Positions 13,710 through 26,800 of a DNA stretch of 64,000 nucleotides are shown here, in pieces. The notes beneath the pieces were generated by a model that worked only from the letters and a program-made list of their open reading frames with translations, did no database searches and was not told the DNA's origin. The stretch covers positions 23,351,168 through 23,415,167 of the forward strand of contig OZ316892.1 of the NCBI GenBank assembly GCA_973895155.1, read 5' to 3'. A program made the position numbers and the translations under genes. Position 1 is the stretch's first letter. Each line of letters starts with the position of its first letter. Origin of the DNA: Marsupella aquatica. Lineage: Eukaryota > Plantae > Marchantiophyta.

Positions 13710-14160
13710 TCGTGACTCACCACCACCACCACCACTCCCTCCTGACTGGCTAGGGGCACCATGACTAGCCGCTGGAGGACCTGAGTGGTGAGAGACCCCA
13801 CCACCACCGCCTCCACTCCCTCCAGATGTGCCAAAGGCATGTCCACCACCCCCAATGCTGCCTGCATGCTGAGAGACACCGCCACCACTGCCTGCACTCC
13901 CTCCAAACTGGCCAGGGGCATGTCGACCACCCCCAGTGCTGCCCGCATGTTGAGAGACACCACCACCACTACTTGCACTCCCTCCGGACTGGCCAGGGGC
14001 ATGTCGACCACCCCTAGTGCTGCCTCCATGGTGAGAGACTCCACCACCACCGCCTGCACTCCCTCCAGACTGGCCAAGGGCATGTCGACCACTCCCAGTG
14101 CTGCCTCCATGGTGAGAGACTCCACCACCACCGCCTGCACTGACTCCCTCCAGACTGGCC
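13710..14160. repeat. 81-bp coding tandem repeat (about 5.5 copies; 27-aa GGGGGVSHHGGSTGxGRHAxGQSGGSA unit on the minus strand)
   Basis: GTGAGAGAC recurs at 14031 and 14112, and the ORF 13413..14270 shows the repeated peptide. Confidence 0.9.
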
Positions 14161-16279
14161 GCCCCCAGTGCGGCCAGAGTGCCAAGACCCTCCACTGTCG
14201 GCTGCACTCCCTCCAACCTGGCCACCCCCAGTGCGGCCAGAGTGGCCAGAGCCTCCAAAGCCACTCCCAACTACGCCTAACTGTTGAGAGCCTCTAGAAC
14301 ACCCTTCCCCGTGGGGCTCTAATTGGCGAGACCCACCAATAGCATGTTGTGCAACAACATGTCGCGGGCCCTAAGTGTCAGCTCTACCAGCAACCCCTGA
14401 TTGACGTCGGCCACTAGAACCAACCCCTATGGCTCTTGACTGGTGTGCGCTAGGGGCCCAACTAGCACCACCTCTGCTGGCCCTACTTCATGACGCTGGA
14501 ACACCATGATCCTCACCCCATTGAGTCGAGTGGCGAGGACCACTAACACCGTCCCTAACTGCTCCAGACCGGCGAGATGTGGGTGCGGCCACAATTGCCT
14601 CCTCTGGGCCCAACGACTCTGCATCTGAATCGTCCGCCCTTGAGCCCTCCTCCGAGTCCTCACCCTCCGACCCCTCCTCCTCTGAGCCCTACATATATCC
14701 AACTAGCAATCCAGTTAGTGTATGCTCCATCTTACCACAAAATTTTCATCAACCAATTAAGACATTGCATTCAGAGGATTGTCCATACCGAACCCAACTC
14801 CTCCTCCATGTGAATCTTGAGAGCTCGCGGTCCGTGCTTCTTAGCCAACTCCCTCTCGTCTAGTAAGATCGGCCGCCCATGCTCACGCTCCTACACCCCA
14901 CACAAAATGGCCCCAACATCAAATTGTCCCCCATTAGTCCCTCCCTATCACACCCCAAGTAGTCCCACATCCTCACACCCCCGAATACATGTACAATGGC
15001 CTTTGGATCCTACTAACAAATCTACCAAGGATTACCGATAAAAATTCAAATTATTCGATTACCCAAGTATCGGACCCCTCGTGCTAAAATATCGGACACA
15101 TTGTCCGAATGTTGATCCGATACTGATACTATCGGATCATAATCAGACCCCAATTTCAAAAAAAGGTGTGATAACACTTCCGATTATGGGTCCGATACCG
15201 ATAGAATTGGACCGGTATCGGAAAGACGGCCCAGGAAAGAAAAAATACAGTGCCGAGAGTGGGCCTGACTTGCAGGTCTCACCTCGACAATAAGAAGGGA
15301 CTAGCTTTGGGTCGGGGCTCTTTAGGCATACACAAGCCTCAGGTGATCAGGCAAATTGAGGTGAGGAGCTTGGACAGAGGAGGGGGAGTACTTACAAACT
15401 CTGCCTTGAGACGCTGCGACCCACCTTGCCCCATCCGGTGAGTGATTACTGGCCTATTGTCAACTTGAAGCAATGCTTTCAGGATTTGTGAGGGAGGGTC
15501 TCCAAGCTGAACTGATCTTGCTTCCCAATGCTGTAGGTTGCTCTGAGCATGGCGGGTGTCAACAGTCTCCCCTGCTTGGGCCTTGGTGGCAAGCTCTTCT
15601 AATTCGGCCTGCTAGTACCGTCTTGCCTGCCAAGCTCGAACTTGTAGCTCGGTCTCGATCCAAGCTGCCCGGGAAGCTGCCCATACATCTGGTGGTAGAT
15701 CAACTGGGCACCCCCTCTGCCTGATCACCTCCTCATTTTCCTTGCATTCACCAAGGTATTTCTTGAGCTTCTCCCTGACATGGTTCCTTCTGTCTGCAAG
15801 TGAGAGGCTGATTTTTTGATTCAAGAACCTGTCATCAAGGAATGATCCATTGGAAAACCTCTCCTTTACCTGCTCACAAACTCTGAATTTCTCCTGTTCA
15901 TTTTGCTTCCCCCAGTAGTCTAACACCCCAAAATGGGATCTAAGTACCTGCCCAAGCTGACTCCTGAAGAGATTATAGCTCTTGGCCCTAGGAGCTCCTC
16001 CACTATTCAAAAACAGCTTTGGCCGCTTGCTTTGCTCCTCTGCTTGCTGTTTCTCCTCCTCTGCTCTCTTCCTCTCTGCAGCCCGTGCTTCTTTACACAG
16101 GGCTTTCTCTCTCTGTCTTGGTGAGAGGGCCTCCGCGGGGATGCTCCGCTTCTCATCCCTTCACTTCCTCTTCTTTTCTTTCTCCCTCTGCTGCCTTTCC
16201 TCGAATGCTTTCTCAGCTTCTGAAATAATTGTGCCCTTTGAAGAGTCAATCAATCCCTGTGTCAAAGCAGCAACATCAA

Positions 16280-16616
16280 TCTATTCATTAAAAGTGAATT
16301 ATTATTGAATTTATGAACATTTGGGCAATAGAAAGTGTACATTTGGCCTTCAAAAAATGTACAATTAGGCAAGAAACAAAGTTGATGGCCATCACATGTA
16401 ACACCATGTTCATCCTTTGTAAATGAACTAGGATGAAACTCCTTCTAGTCAAGATCATTTTTGTCACCTCAAGTTTACAATTGATCATTTAGGTGTGGAG
16501 TATTCTACCATAGTGTACCTTTTGGGTTTAAAAAGTGTATATTTAGAGACCAAATAGTGAACATTTAGAGGCCTAAAAGTGAACAAAATAAAATACACTT
16601 TTAATGAATAGGGTGA
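16280..16616. mobile_element. About 335-bp AT-rich MITE-like element, copy 1
   Basis: Inverted ends CTATTCATTAAAAGTG / CACTTTTAATGAATAG. It is a close copy of 46927-47263. Removing it together with one ATCAA restores the TnpA frame (QQVD/VAALTQ). Confidence 0.8.
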
Positions 16617-17749
16617 TCAACCTGTTGTGCAACTTCTATTGAGAGCCCTATTTGCGTTTGAAAAATGGCTGTCATAATGTCTCCAAAGTTTTGAGATGGC
16701 CCGGCTCCATCTCCTGCAGATCCTCCGGCTCCCCCGGCTGCTCCGGCTCCCCCGGCTCCACCTCCTGCCCCTCCTGCCCCTCCATTGTTCCCCTCCATAG
16801 CCACACTAGTAGAAATTGGGGCAATTTAGACCAAACCTTATAGGACTAAGGCCACTAAGTCCTTTTTGGCAACCTTAAATGACTCGAAACCATTGCCACA
16901 GTTCACATGAACACTACAAGAGACTGTGAGTGCTTTTTGGTTTTGGATAAGACTATGAAAAATTGTACCCTACTTTGAGAATGTATGAACACTCTAGCAC
17001 ATGATGGGTTGTAGGGTTTAGTTGTGGGCTTTAATTTGATAATGGGCATATGGGGGGGGGGGGGTGTTGCACAATTCATTTGACGACCTCTTTACCAACA
17101 TCCCGCTAACTTGAACACGTACAAACGGCGTAAATGTTCAAATTCCCTAATTTTGAATATACTCCATAGTGGGTTTGGGGGGGTTTAGGGCTCAAGGGTG
17201 GGCCGGTTACATGTGAAGGGTGTGGGGGGTCACCACTAAAGGGGTTTAGGGGGGTTTATATGCCAAGGGTGGGCCGGTTAGGTCTCAAGGGGGTGGGGGT
17301 CAGTAAAGGGGGTTGTCCAGCCAGAGAACACTCAATTGAAATAGTGACGCAGCGATGTAGGGTAAACGAATACGGACCGTGGACCCTAACTTGTTTGCTG
17401 CCTTGGGAGGATCTGGAGAGCTGGAGGCGACATGCTTCATTGATCCTGAGCTTGCAAGTGGCGCTCTAAACCGGCCCCTGGCATTGCAAAGACAGTCTGG
17501 CCACAGTCGAGTTGTCAAGACGTTTAGGCGGTTTATATGTCAAGGCGTGGGGGTGGCTGGGTTTTCACTAAAGGGGGTTTAGGGGGGGTTTACATGTCAA
17601 GGGTGGGGGGTTTAGGGTTAAACCACAACTCGGGGTATATAATGACCCCGAGCCCTGCCCGAGCGCGTGCCACTCTGCCCGCTGGGTCAGCGGCCAGTTC
17701 TCCCCCGGAGGACTAACCCAGCGTTAGTAGGGCCACCTCCCCACCAGCC

Positions 17750-18850
17750 CTAGAGCCCTCGGTTGCCCCTGTGAGCTGCTGCCTGCCTCGCCCTCCGCTG
17801 CCCCTACAAGCTTCTGCCTGCCTCACCCTCCGCTGCCCCTGCAAGCTGCTGCCTGCCTGCCTCGCCCTCGGCTGCCCCTGCGATCTATTGCCTGCCTGCC
17901 TTGCCCTCCCCTCCTCCTACGAGCTGCTGCATCCTCGGCCTCCTCTTGCGAGCTGCTACTCTGCTTCTCTGTTGCATGTCTCTCCCTCTACCTTTGAGCT
18001 TATGGCTGCCATAGCCAGCCACTGACTGCCGCTGCTTGCTGCGCCCTTGGCTTCCCCTGCTTGTTGTGCCATCGGCTGCCCTTGCTCGCTTTTGCTCACT
18101 CCTCAGCTGTTGCTGAATCGATTTGCTACCGGCTGTTGCTCGTTGCTTCCTCGGCTGATGCTGCTTCAACTCACTACACCTTCAACTCGCTGCTGAAGCT
18201 TGCTGCTGAAGCTCGCTGCTGCCTCGTTGCTGCCTCGGCTGTTGCTGCTGAAGCTGAAGTTTGCTGCTGCCTCGGCTGAAGGTCGCTACTGCCTTGCTGC
18301 TGCCTTGGCTGTTGCCTTGGCTGTTGCTGCTGAAGTTGAAGGTTGCTGCTTCAACTCACTGCACCTTCCCAGCTGAATGTGTGCGCTCCTCCCTTCGACC
18401 TTACGGCTGCCATAGCCAGCCACTGTCTGCCGCTGCTTGTTGCGCCCTCGGCTGCCCCTGCTTGTTGTGCCATCGGCTGCCCTTGCTTGCTTTTGCTCAC
18501 TCCTTGGCGTTGCTGAATCGATTTGCTACCGGTTGTTGCTTGTTGCTTCTTCGGCTGATGCTGCTTCAACTTGCTGCACCTTCTACTTGCTGATAAAGCT
18601 CGTTGCTGCCTCGTTGCTGCCTCAGCTATTGCTCCCTTGGCTGTTGCTCCCTCGGCTGAAGCTCGCTGCTGCCTCGGCTGTTGCTGCTGAAGCTGAAGCT
18701 CGCTGCTTCAACTCGCATCTTCCTCCCAGCTGAAAGTGTGCCCCAAATTGTTGTTGCCTCGGTCCAAGCTCGCTGATCTTGCTGAAGCTTGCTCACTGCT
18801 GCCTTGGTTTCCCTCACCAACCTAGATCGCTGCTAAAGCTTGCTCACTGC
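17750..18850. repeat. GCT/CTG-rich low-complexity region with an internal duplication (about 17995-18250 vs about 18400-18700)
   Basis: Repeated GCTGCTG and CCTCGGCTG blocks. The overlapping ORFs here share repeated peptides and look non-coding. Confidence 0.75.
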
Positions 18851-19377
18851 TGCAGGTCAAGGGTCGCTCGCTCCATTCCTCAAGCTCCTTGTTCATGTCA
18901 TTGTGCCCACATTCAATGTTGAGGATAGAGGTGTTTTTCCAGCTTCAGGTTCACCAGGGAAGCTCCAACTCACTGGTCTTTTCTCCTCCTTGTTTACATT
19001 GTATAACATTCGATTAGGAGTCTGTTGATCTCGGCCTCATTGTGCTGTTGCGAGTTGGTAGCCCTTTTGCCCGAGTTTGTGTTGGGTTTTTTTGCTGCTG
19101 CTGTGAGCTTAGGCATTTCTACTGGAGTTTCAACTACGATTTTGTTGTTGTTACTCTTAGTCTCACTGTACTCCCAGTCTCCACTGACAGTGATTTTCTG
19201 GGCTCTCGACATCCATTTTGGCTCACATCCACGTTTGAGCGAACTTCCTAATCAAATTTGCTAGCGAATTTCTTCTCTGCTGCCATATTGTGATTGCAAT
19301 GTCAAGTTTCGAGCAATATGAGAATGTTGGGCAGCAACAGCATATGTGATATGTGACTGTTGCATTTTATCAGGAAC

Positions 19378-19776
19378 ATGGCACCAATGAGAAAGCTGAG
19401 AGCCACATTGACTGAACGTGACAATGGGAGCTACATCTTGAGTTGGCAGGATCCTACTGATGTTGACAATGCTCCACCCGTTGTCCGGATTGTTACATTG
19501 GAACAAGTCCAAGCTACATTTCCAGAGTTCTGCACTACAATTTCAGAGTGTCATGTGGATCTCAATCCTGCAGTCCCGATTGAACAGTTTATCATGTGCG
19601 CAGCATACAGTTATGCTGAAACTATCATGAGAAGGAAAAGATATCAGGTCTACACTCACTTGGCTTATGTAGCTGGGTTTTCTGATACAACCAAGTTTCC
19701 TGAAGCTGTTGAAGCTTGTGTGAAGGCAACTTGGCATGATGAAGGGGAGGAATTTGTAGGATTTATCCCAAATTAG
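19378..19776 (+). CDS. KolX-like protein (132 aa) with a P2X7 C-terminal 'ballast'-like motif
   Basis: The C-terminus RRKRYQVYTHLAYVAGFSDTTKFPEAVEACVKATWHDEGEEFVGF fits the RY.AYR...G...R..LP.CV...IR..FP...G.Y.GF pattern of KolX/P2RX7_C. The gene is convergent with the transposase, and AATAAA lies at 19835. Confidence 0.7.
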   Translation: MAPMRKLRATLTERDNGSYILSWQDPTDVDNAPPVVRIVTLEQVQATFPEFCTTISECHVDLNPAVPIEQFIMCAAYSYAETIMRRKRYQVYTHLAYVAGFSDTTKFPEAVEACVKATWHDEGEEFVGFIPN

Positions 19777-19850
19777 GAGTAGATAGGCTTCTGCTATGTT
19801 TCACTGTTGTTTGAAATTTTTGTGAAGAGCTACTAATAAACTTTTTGCAG

Positions 19851-19966
19851 AGTATAACTCCTGCTGGTTGGCAGCGGAAGGGGTTCAATTCCCCTTGGGA
19901 GTACATGCAGTAGAACTCCTGCTGGTTGGCAGCAGAAGGGGTTCAATTCCCCTTGGGAGTACATGC
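19851..19966 (+). ncRNA. Two tandem 58-bp tRNA-like units lacking an anticodon arm (mascRNA-like fold)
   Basis: Each unit has an ACTCCT/GGGAGT acceptor stem, a GCTG-GTTGG-CAGC D-like arm and an AAGGGG-TTCAATT-CCCCTT T-arm. Confidence 0.5.
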
Positions 19967-20109
19967 GTTACAATACCATAAAAGTTCCCTTGGGATGTGT
20001 CCATATTCAATGAAATCAAAATGAACAAGGTTGCCAAAGGGACTCAAATGATTACTATCTCTCAAAGCTGTTTTTTGTTGTCATATGTCATTCAATAACC
20101 ACAAACTTT

Positions 20110-20540
20110 ACTCATTCCCTCACTTGGTTCAAGTCCTAAAGTTTTATCATTCCCTCACTTGGTGGTCAAGTTATAAGATTGTCTGGCCACGAATGAAAAA
20201 ACTTGACAATTTTTTTTTTATAAAAGTGTGAAAAGTTATGAACTTTTCACATTCACTCACTTGGTGCTAAGGTTATAAGATTTTTTGGGCCACGGCATGA
20301 AAAAACCAAACTACAAAGATAATCATTCCCTCACTTGGTGCTCAAGTTATAAGAGTTTTTGGGCCACAGCATGAAAAAACAAGACTACAAAGATAATTTA
20401 TAAAAGTGTGAAAATTTGGCATAGCACTCCAGGTGTTTGTAATAGTGTACCCCCCCAAGCAGGTTTGCTAACCCTACCCAAAAAGGTTGGAATACAAGTG
20501 GTTTGCTAACCCTATCCAAAAAGGGTGGAATACAAGTCAT
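20110..20540. repeat. Degenerate tandem repeats between the convergent Kolobok genes
   Basis: CATTCCCTCACTTGGT-like units occur four times, and GGTTTGCTAACCCTA.CCAAAAAGG.TGGAATACAAGT occurs twice. Confidence 0.75.
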
Positions 20541-20864
20541 GCCAGGTCTCAGCCCTCCTCAAGGAATCACCCCTGCAATAGTAAACAATAAATTAGAATT
20601 GAGGTACTTTCACACTACAATGAATTGTTTCCAAAAAGATTGAGTCACAACTTTTCACTTACCTGAGGTATGTTAGCTGAGGTCATATATGGAGGTGTGA
20701 CTCCATATGTACGCTGACCTTATATAGAGACACTACTTGGGTGGTAATGTTTGAGCAACCAGGATCATCCTGCCAAAAAAACTCATTGTAATTAGAATTA
20801 CCATGAGCATAGAGTTTTCTTACATTTTATGTTGGCAATCATATTTATAGAGCAGTGTGTTACC

Positions 20865-23800
20865 TCATGGACGAGTCACACCATAAATGCGTTCACTTGT
20901 TGCTTCCTTCCAACTCGTGGTCCGGTCCACCAATACTCGTGTTCGAGGAGGGCGCTCCCTCACAGTAGTGTTCACAGGTGTGCGATTGTATACCTTCCAG
21001 ACATGTCTTCTGATATTCTCGTTCCAATCCATGGCAGCACAACTCAAACGGGCCTCATGACTGGCTGAGAAATGAATGCGCTTGGTCGCATACTTGCCCA
21101 TCACGGAATGGTAGGTCTCTGACATGAAATTCTCTCGGGCCATGGTATAAAACCTCATCTTCGCGGGAGTAATATATTTTCTCATGAATTTTTGCATGGC
21201 CTTATGAGTCTCTCCACCTACATATACAAAAAGTCATAAAATATCAACAATGCTAACCTAAGTTATAACTCACATTAAAATTGCATAATTAGTAAAAGAT
21301 TTACCATTCTCATAGTAATGGTCAACTTGGATGGCTCCAGGCTCCCCAAGATGCTGACAAGGCCGGTCAGATAGTCCTGCACATAATCTGTGATCCCCGG
21401 CCCAATGATCACCACAGTTGCCCAATTCGAAAGCCAAGGATGCAGCATCTCCACCACTGCATAATGAACATTGAAAGTTGTTATTTTTGTCAAAACTAAA
21501 TCATCACATCTGCAACAATTACTACACTTGGATATGTAAAAGCCAAGAAGTCACACCATATTAGCACTATGCATACCTGTTCTTACACCGACGACAACAT
21601 ACGTAGAACCATGTCTTCAGCTTTGTGGCAATGTTGTGCTGAGACAACTCTGGGTACTTGAGGCCACGTGTCGGAATACGTACTAGTTCTCCAAGAGGCA
21701 GCCCACGCATGTCACCTACTTTATGGATGAGTGCTTCCTTCCTAAGAGTAGAGTACCCTCTCACTCCCCTACTCTTCAACCAATCCTGTAACTTCTTAGT
21801 TGTGACTGCTTGCAACTCAGAACGAGATGCAGCAGTGTCAATGTCAATGGTCACAGTGTAGGTTGCTCTCACCATCTTCTCCACAAACTTCTTGATGAGA
21901 TTTTTGGCCTTATGCCACAAGTCTTTCTGGTTCCTAATCCCCATGTCCTCCACAATATTATCAATAGTGGCTTTGTCATCATGGATAACCTCCGTGATAG
22001 AGATCCCTCCCTCTCTCAAATTTTCCAATGCTCTTTCAGTACCCTTGTCCTCCATGTGCCAAGCATTTCTCTCCTCCCTCCTAGTAATTGTCACCATTTC
22101 AATTACCCTATTATCGTCAACATTGAGGATAGAGGTGGTACCATGAAAACCGCTCCGAGAAGAATCCCATCGAGTATCTAAGTACACTAGTAACCCAGGG
22201 TCTGTCATAAACAAAGCACACACACATGCACTATATATGAGAAACAGGTCAACTAAAACTTTGGCTAGAAGAGCATGGTCCTTGAATACCCCAAAAAGCT
22301 GAAGGACCTAAAACAGATAATTACTTACCAAGCTCAGTTGCTCGCCGCTGCTGAATATCATCCTTCAATTCCTGCCACATGTGCCTTTTATTTTCTTCCC
22401 ATTGTGCCTTCACAGCTGCTATCCATCCACCACTAGGTCGGCCACGACCACTCTGAAAATCATGCCAATGAGCTGCAGTAGGAACATGTAAACCAAGATG
22501 TGCAGCAACAGTAGCCAAAGACGTATAGGTGTGGCCAGCGCAAAGGGTGGAATGATACAACTGGGGGGTAATCATAGGAGAACTCCTCCCAGGCTCATTG
22601 TCACCAGTAACAAAAGTCCAGCCATGGCCATCCTCTCCACAACCAATGTGAATCGACCACAACTGATGCAACTCCCTCACTCGTTGAACCCTTGGACTCC
22701 TAGAACATCCATGTATATGACACCAAGGGAGTAGCCTATCAACAAAAGTAGCCAACAAGTTGCGATCAAAAAATGCTACCCTAGCAGGTTGACGAGGCGT
22801 TGCTCTACGAGTCGGGACAAGGTCCGGAGGCTGTGATGGCTGAGAATCAGGGATATGATACTTGTGTGAGTCTGTTTGTGCTGGTGGCCGAGGCCCAATA
22901 TCTGATGATGGCTGAGGATCAGGTGCAATGAATGGCTCCTGGTAGAAGAAGCCCACATACATATATCAAAAATTGTTATTCAGAAATTTGGAATTTGTAC
23001 GGGGAAAGGCAAGGAGAGTGTCAAAGGGAGGGGGGTCAAACCTGAAAGGTATCCTCATTCCCAATGTTGTTAGCTCCTAAAGCTGTAAGAGACTCCGGAT
23101 CATCATCTTGGTAAATGGCATCATCTTCTGCGTCTGATCCGTATTGCTCGGCAATATGCTCCTCCAAAACTACATCCTGCTCAAGAGGTGAATCCCATCC
23201 ATCCTAGAAACAATGTGGGGTAGAATAATTAGTACCCTCAAATATGATTTTACCTAAACCATAAACTTCAAGGGAGTAAAAAAAATTGCTGTTGGTCCTT
23301 GGGTATTGAAGTTATTTTGTTGAAAGACCCAAAAACCTGAACCCAAAGGCATGACTCACATTATGGAATGCACCCTTGTTTGGTTACTACAATGCTGCAT
23401 AACATAACAAAATAAAGAAACTGTTAAGAGTTGGGATACCAATGCTTGGAATAATGTGTCCACTCTTCATTAAGGTGTGGCTTTATATAGCCATGAGGTT
23501 ACATGGTCTAAGGTTAAAGGTAACCTTAGCTTAGGGTTATATGTAAACTATGGTTTACAACACTCCCCCTTGGTTAGTTTATGGGGGTGTAAAGTAACCA
23601 TGTGTTTAACCCTAAGGAATTAAATTGGTATTCCCTTTGATGTAGCCTCATTAAAACCTTGCTGCTTTCTTCTCAAGGAAAGAGTACTACCATCATTACA
23701 TGTGGGGATCCAATCTGTATCCATTTATTTTATGTTTCCTATAGTTTATGGGGGGTAATTATTTGCCATTATATGTGTAAGATGCAATTACCTATCCATT

Positions 23801-26800
23801 ATATGGAATTACTCGTGTAAGATGAACCTGCCTCTATGTAAAATTGTAACCTAAACTAAAACTCGCTCACAAAGGGTTCGTTAGTTCGTAGTTTGTCGAC
23901 GATAATAGAGACGGTGTGTATCGATCGGATTTCCGTGTCGCTTTTTGTTGGTGTGTGCGATGTGTTGTTGTTGCAGCTCTGTGTGCTTGGAGTCTCTGGC
24001 GATGCTTCTCTAGTGTGCTGCGCCATGGCTTTTTGTTTCGCATCCTGGTTGGTGTTGTTGCGGAGCCGACTGAATTCATGGTGGTAGCGTTCAGAAGTGA
24101 GCTGCTGGAACTTGGGAAGCTGAGCTTTAGGTAAACGCGCTCGTTATTTGTGTGCGGGGGTTGCGACACTATGGGCGGCAACTCGTTCCAGGTTCTGTCA
24201 TTTGTTTCGTTTCTTGCGTTCGTCCTTGGTCGTCGTTGAGGTATTTCCTTGTCTTTCTTGGAGTAATGCTGAAAGCTTTATCATTCCTATACCTGCTACA
24301 TGTTCACGGTGGGTAGCGGGCGGTAAAGGTTTCGTAAATATATCTGCTCTGTTATCCTGTGAGCGAATCCATTCGACTTGTATGTTCTTGCCTTGTTGTT
24401 CTTGGGTAAAGAAGAACTTGGGGTCTATATGCTTCGTTCTTTCTGTTTTCATGATGCCGTTAACAATTTGATCGATGCAGGCTTTGTTATCCTCATAGAT
24501 GACAGTGGGCGTAGTGATCGGTGGTTGTCCAGTGCTGGTTCTGATGTGGTTAATCATGCTTCGGAGCCAGATTGCTTCTCTACATGCCTCGTATAATGCG
24601 ATGACTTCCGAGTGGTTGGATGAGGTTGTGGTCATAGATTGCTTAGTGCTACGCCAGGATATCGCAGTTGTGCCTTGCAGGAAGACGTAGCCAGTTTGAG
24701 ATTTTGAATCTTGTGGGTCTGATAGATATCCTGCATCAGTGTATCCGGTGAGGGTATCAGTGGTGTCTTTTGGGAAGAAAAGGCAGAGGTCAGTTGTACC
24801 TTGGAGATATCTGAATATCCGTTTGAGGCCGTTCCAATGGCGGATTGTTGGTTGAGCACTGTGTCTGGCGAGGAGGTTAACTGAAAATGAGATGTCTGGT
24901 CTGGTATGGTTCTCTAGGTACATCAGTGCCCCCACTGCAGATAGATAAGGCTTCTCTGAGCCTAATATGGGTTCGTTTTCCTGTCTGCGCCTGAACATAT
25001 CCTTTTCAGGGTCAAGAGACCTTAGCTCCATTGGTGTCGATACCGGGTAGGATAGTTGCATATTGAATTGTTTGATGATTTTCTCTGTATATGTTGATTG
25101 GCAGATGAAAGTGCCGTTGTGGAGGTGCTCGAATTGTAGGCCTAAGCAGTATGTGGGTTCACCGAGGTCTTTCATCTTGAATACTCCTTGTAGTGTTTTG
25201 ACAGTTTCTTTGGTTATAGTAGGTGTCCCGAATAGGTTCACATCATCTACATATAATGCTAGGATTATAAATTCCTGCTGTTCCCGTTTGATGAAGATAC
25301 AGGGAGCTATATCTGTATTGGTGAATCCGAGTTTAATCATCTCCGTTTGGAACGTTTTATACCATTTCCTTCTGCTCTGCTTTAATCCGTTTATAGAGCG
25401 TAACACTCTGACTGCTAGGGTTGGTTGGCCCTGTCCTGTATTTCCAGTTTGTTTCTTCTGCATATATGTTGTATTGCCACTTTGCATGAGAAGATTTTTA
25501 ACCTGTGTATCAGGTACTATCTGTCGTATGCCCGACATGATTTCTGGATTCAGGTTCTAGGACGTCTCCCCCTGAGTATGTTCTCTCACTCTCTAGATCA
25601 ATGCCTGAGGTGCTTTCATGTATATTTCAGTGTCTAAGGTGCCATACAGGTACGCAGTTACCACGTCCATTAGGATATTAAGAAGTTGATGTTGTATGGA
25701 AAATGATATGAGGTATCTATATGTTATGGCGTCCATCACGGGTGAGTATGTAAGATCATAGTCCCTGCCTGGGACTTGTGTATACCCTTTTGCCACTAAC
25801 CGTGCTCTGTATCGTATGACTTCTCCTTTAGCATTCCGTTTTCTGATGAATGTAAAGCGGGAGTCAGTGTAATTGTTACCTGGGGAAGCCTGTATGAGTG
25901 GTCGGAAGACTTGTCGCTTGATGAGGGCATCCATCTCAGTGTTGATGGCTTCTTGCCACTTTGGCCAATCTGCTCGCTTTTGGGCTTCCTTCAGGGTAAG
26001 TGGATCTGGTGTATCACTGGTTATTTCTTGTACTATGTGGTATACGAATTGTGTATTTATGTCTATGGAATGTCTATTGTATATTGTCCCGTATGGTTAT
26101 ATTGAATGGATATCTCTTCATTGTCCATAATATGGGTATGGGTAAGGTCTGGGTGTACCGTACTTAGTGTGGTGACAGGTTTCGTTGAGGTGGGTTTTCC
26201 CTGCCGTGGGTGTACGTCTTTTGCGCCTGGTGGTCTACCCCTTTTTGTTCTTGGGGCTGTCTCTGTGGCGAGATCCTTGGATATCTGCACGCGTGCAGGT
26301 ATGTTTGCTGCTTCAATATGTGACCTTGTCACGTTTGCGGCATCATTAAATGCGTCTGGGATTTTTGTTAACATCTCATTGAGGTGAAGGAGTCGCCTCA
26401 CTTCTTCATCTGCTCTCTTGCTTCTCGGGTCTTGGTTGATGAGGGTCTGGTTTTGCCAGTTTAAGTTCTGGCGGTTTTGGTTATATAGAGTTGATCCACT
26501 TGATAATGCAGGGAATTGGTCTTCATAGAAGTGACAGTGTTGATATCGAGCTTTGAATAGATCGGATGTCGTGGGTTCCTATGGATGTAGAATCGAATCC
26601 TACATATATGCCTGGATGTCTTTGGGGTCCTATTTTGGTCTTTTTAGGCCCTAAGGTCGGTACCATGACCTTGCACCCGAATATGCATAGGTGTGATAAT
26701 TCGGGGGGCGTTCCGAATGCTAGGTGATAAGGTGTCTTCGAATTATATGCTGAAGGTCTGTATTTCAGTAGTGTTGATGCATGGAGGATGGCGTGGCCCC

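Larger units (their letters stand above)
13413..16803 (-). pseudogene. CACTA-1 TnpA/Ptta-like gene (multi-exon, disrupted); start codon split by the CACTA-2 insertion
   Basis: Translation runs MAMEGNNGGAGG...coiled coil...SLADRRNHVREKL...THRMGQGGSQRLKAEF/EREHGRP.... The H..G.GG motif is typical of En/Spm TnpA-like proteins. It is followed by an acidic exon and Gly/Ser/His repeats. Premature stops and a MITE interrupt it. Confidence 0.7.

Noticed and set aside
17750-18850. Many overlapping 60-110 aa ORFs
   Set aside because: They arise from GCT-rich low-complexity repeats that lack stop codons in several frames.
19851-19966. Bona fide tRNA genes
   Set aside because: There is no anticodon arm and the fold spans only about 47 nt; reported as tRNA-like instead.
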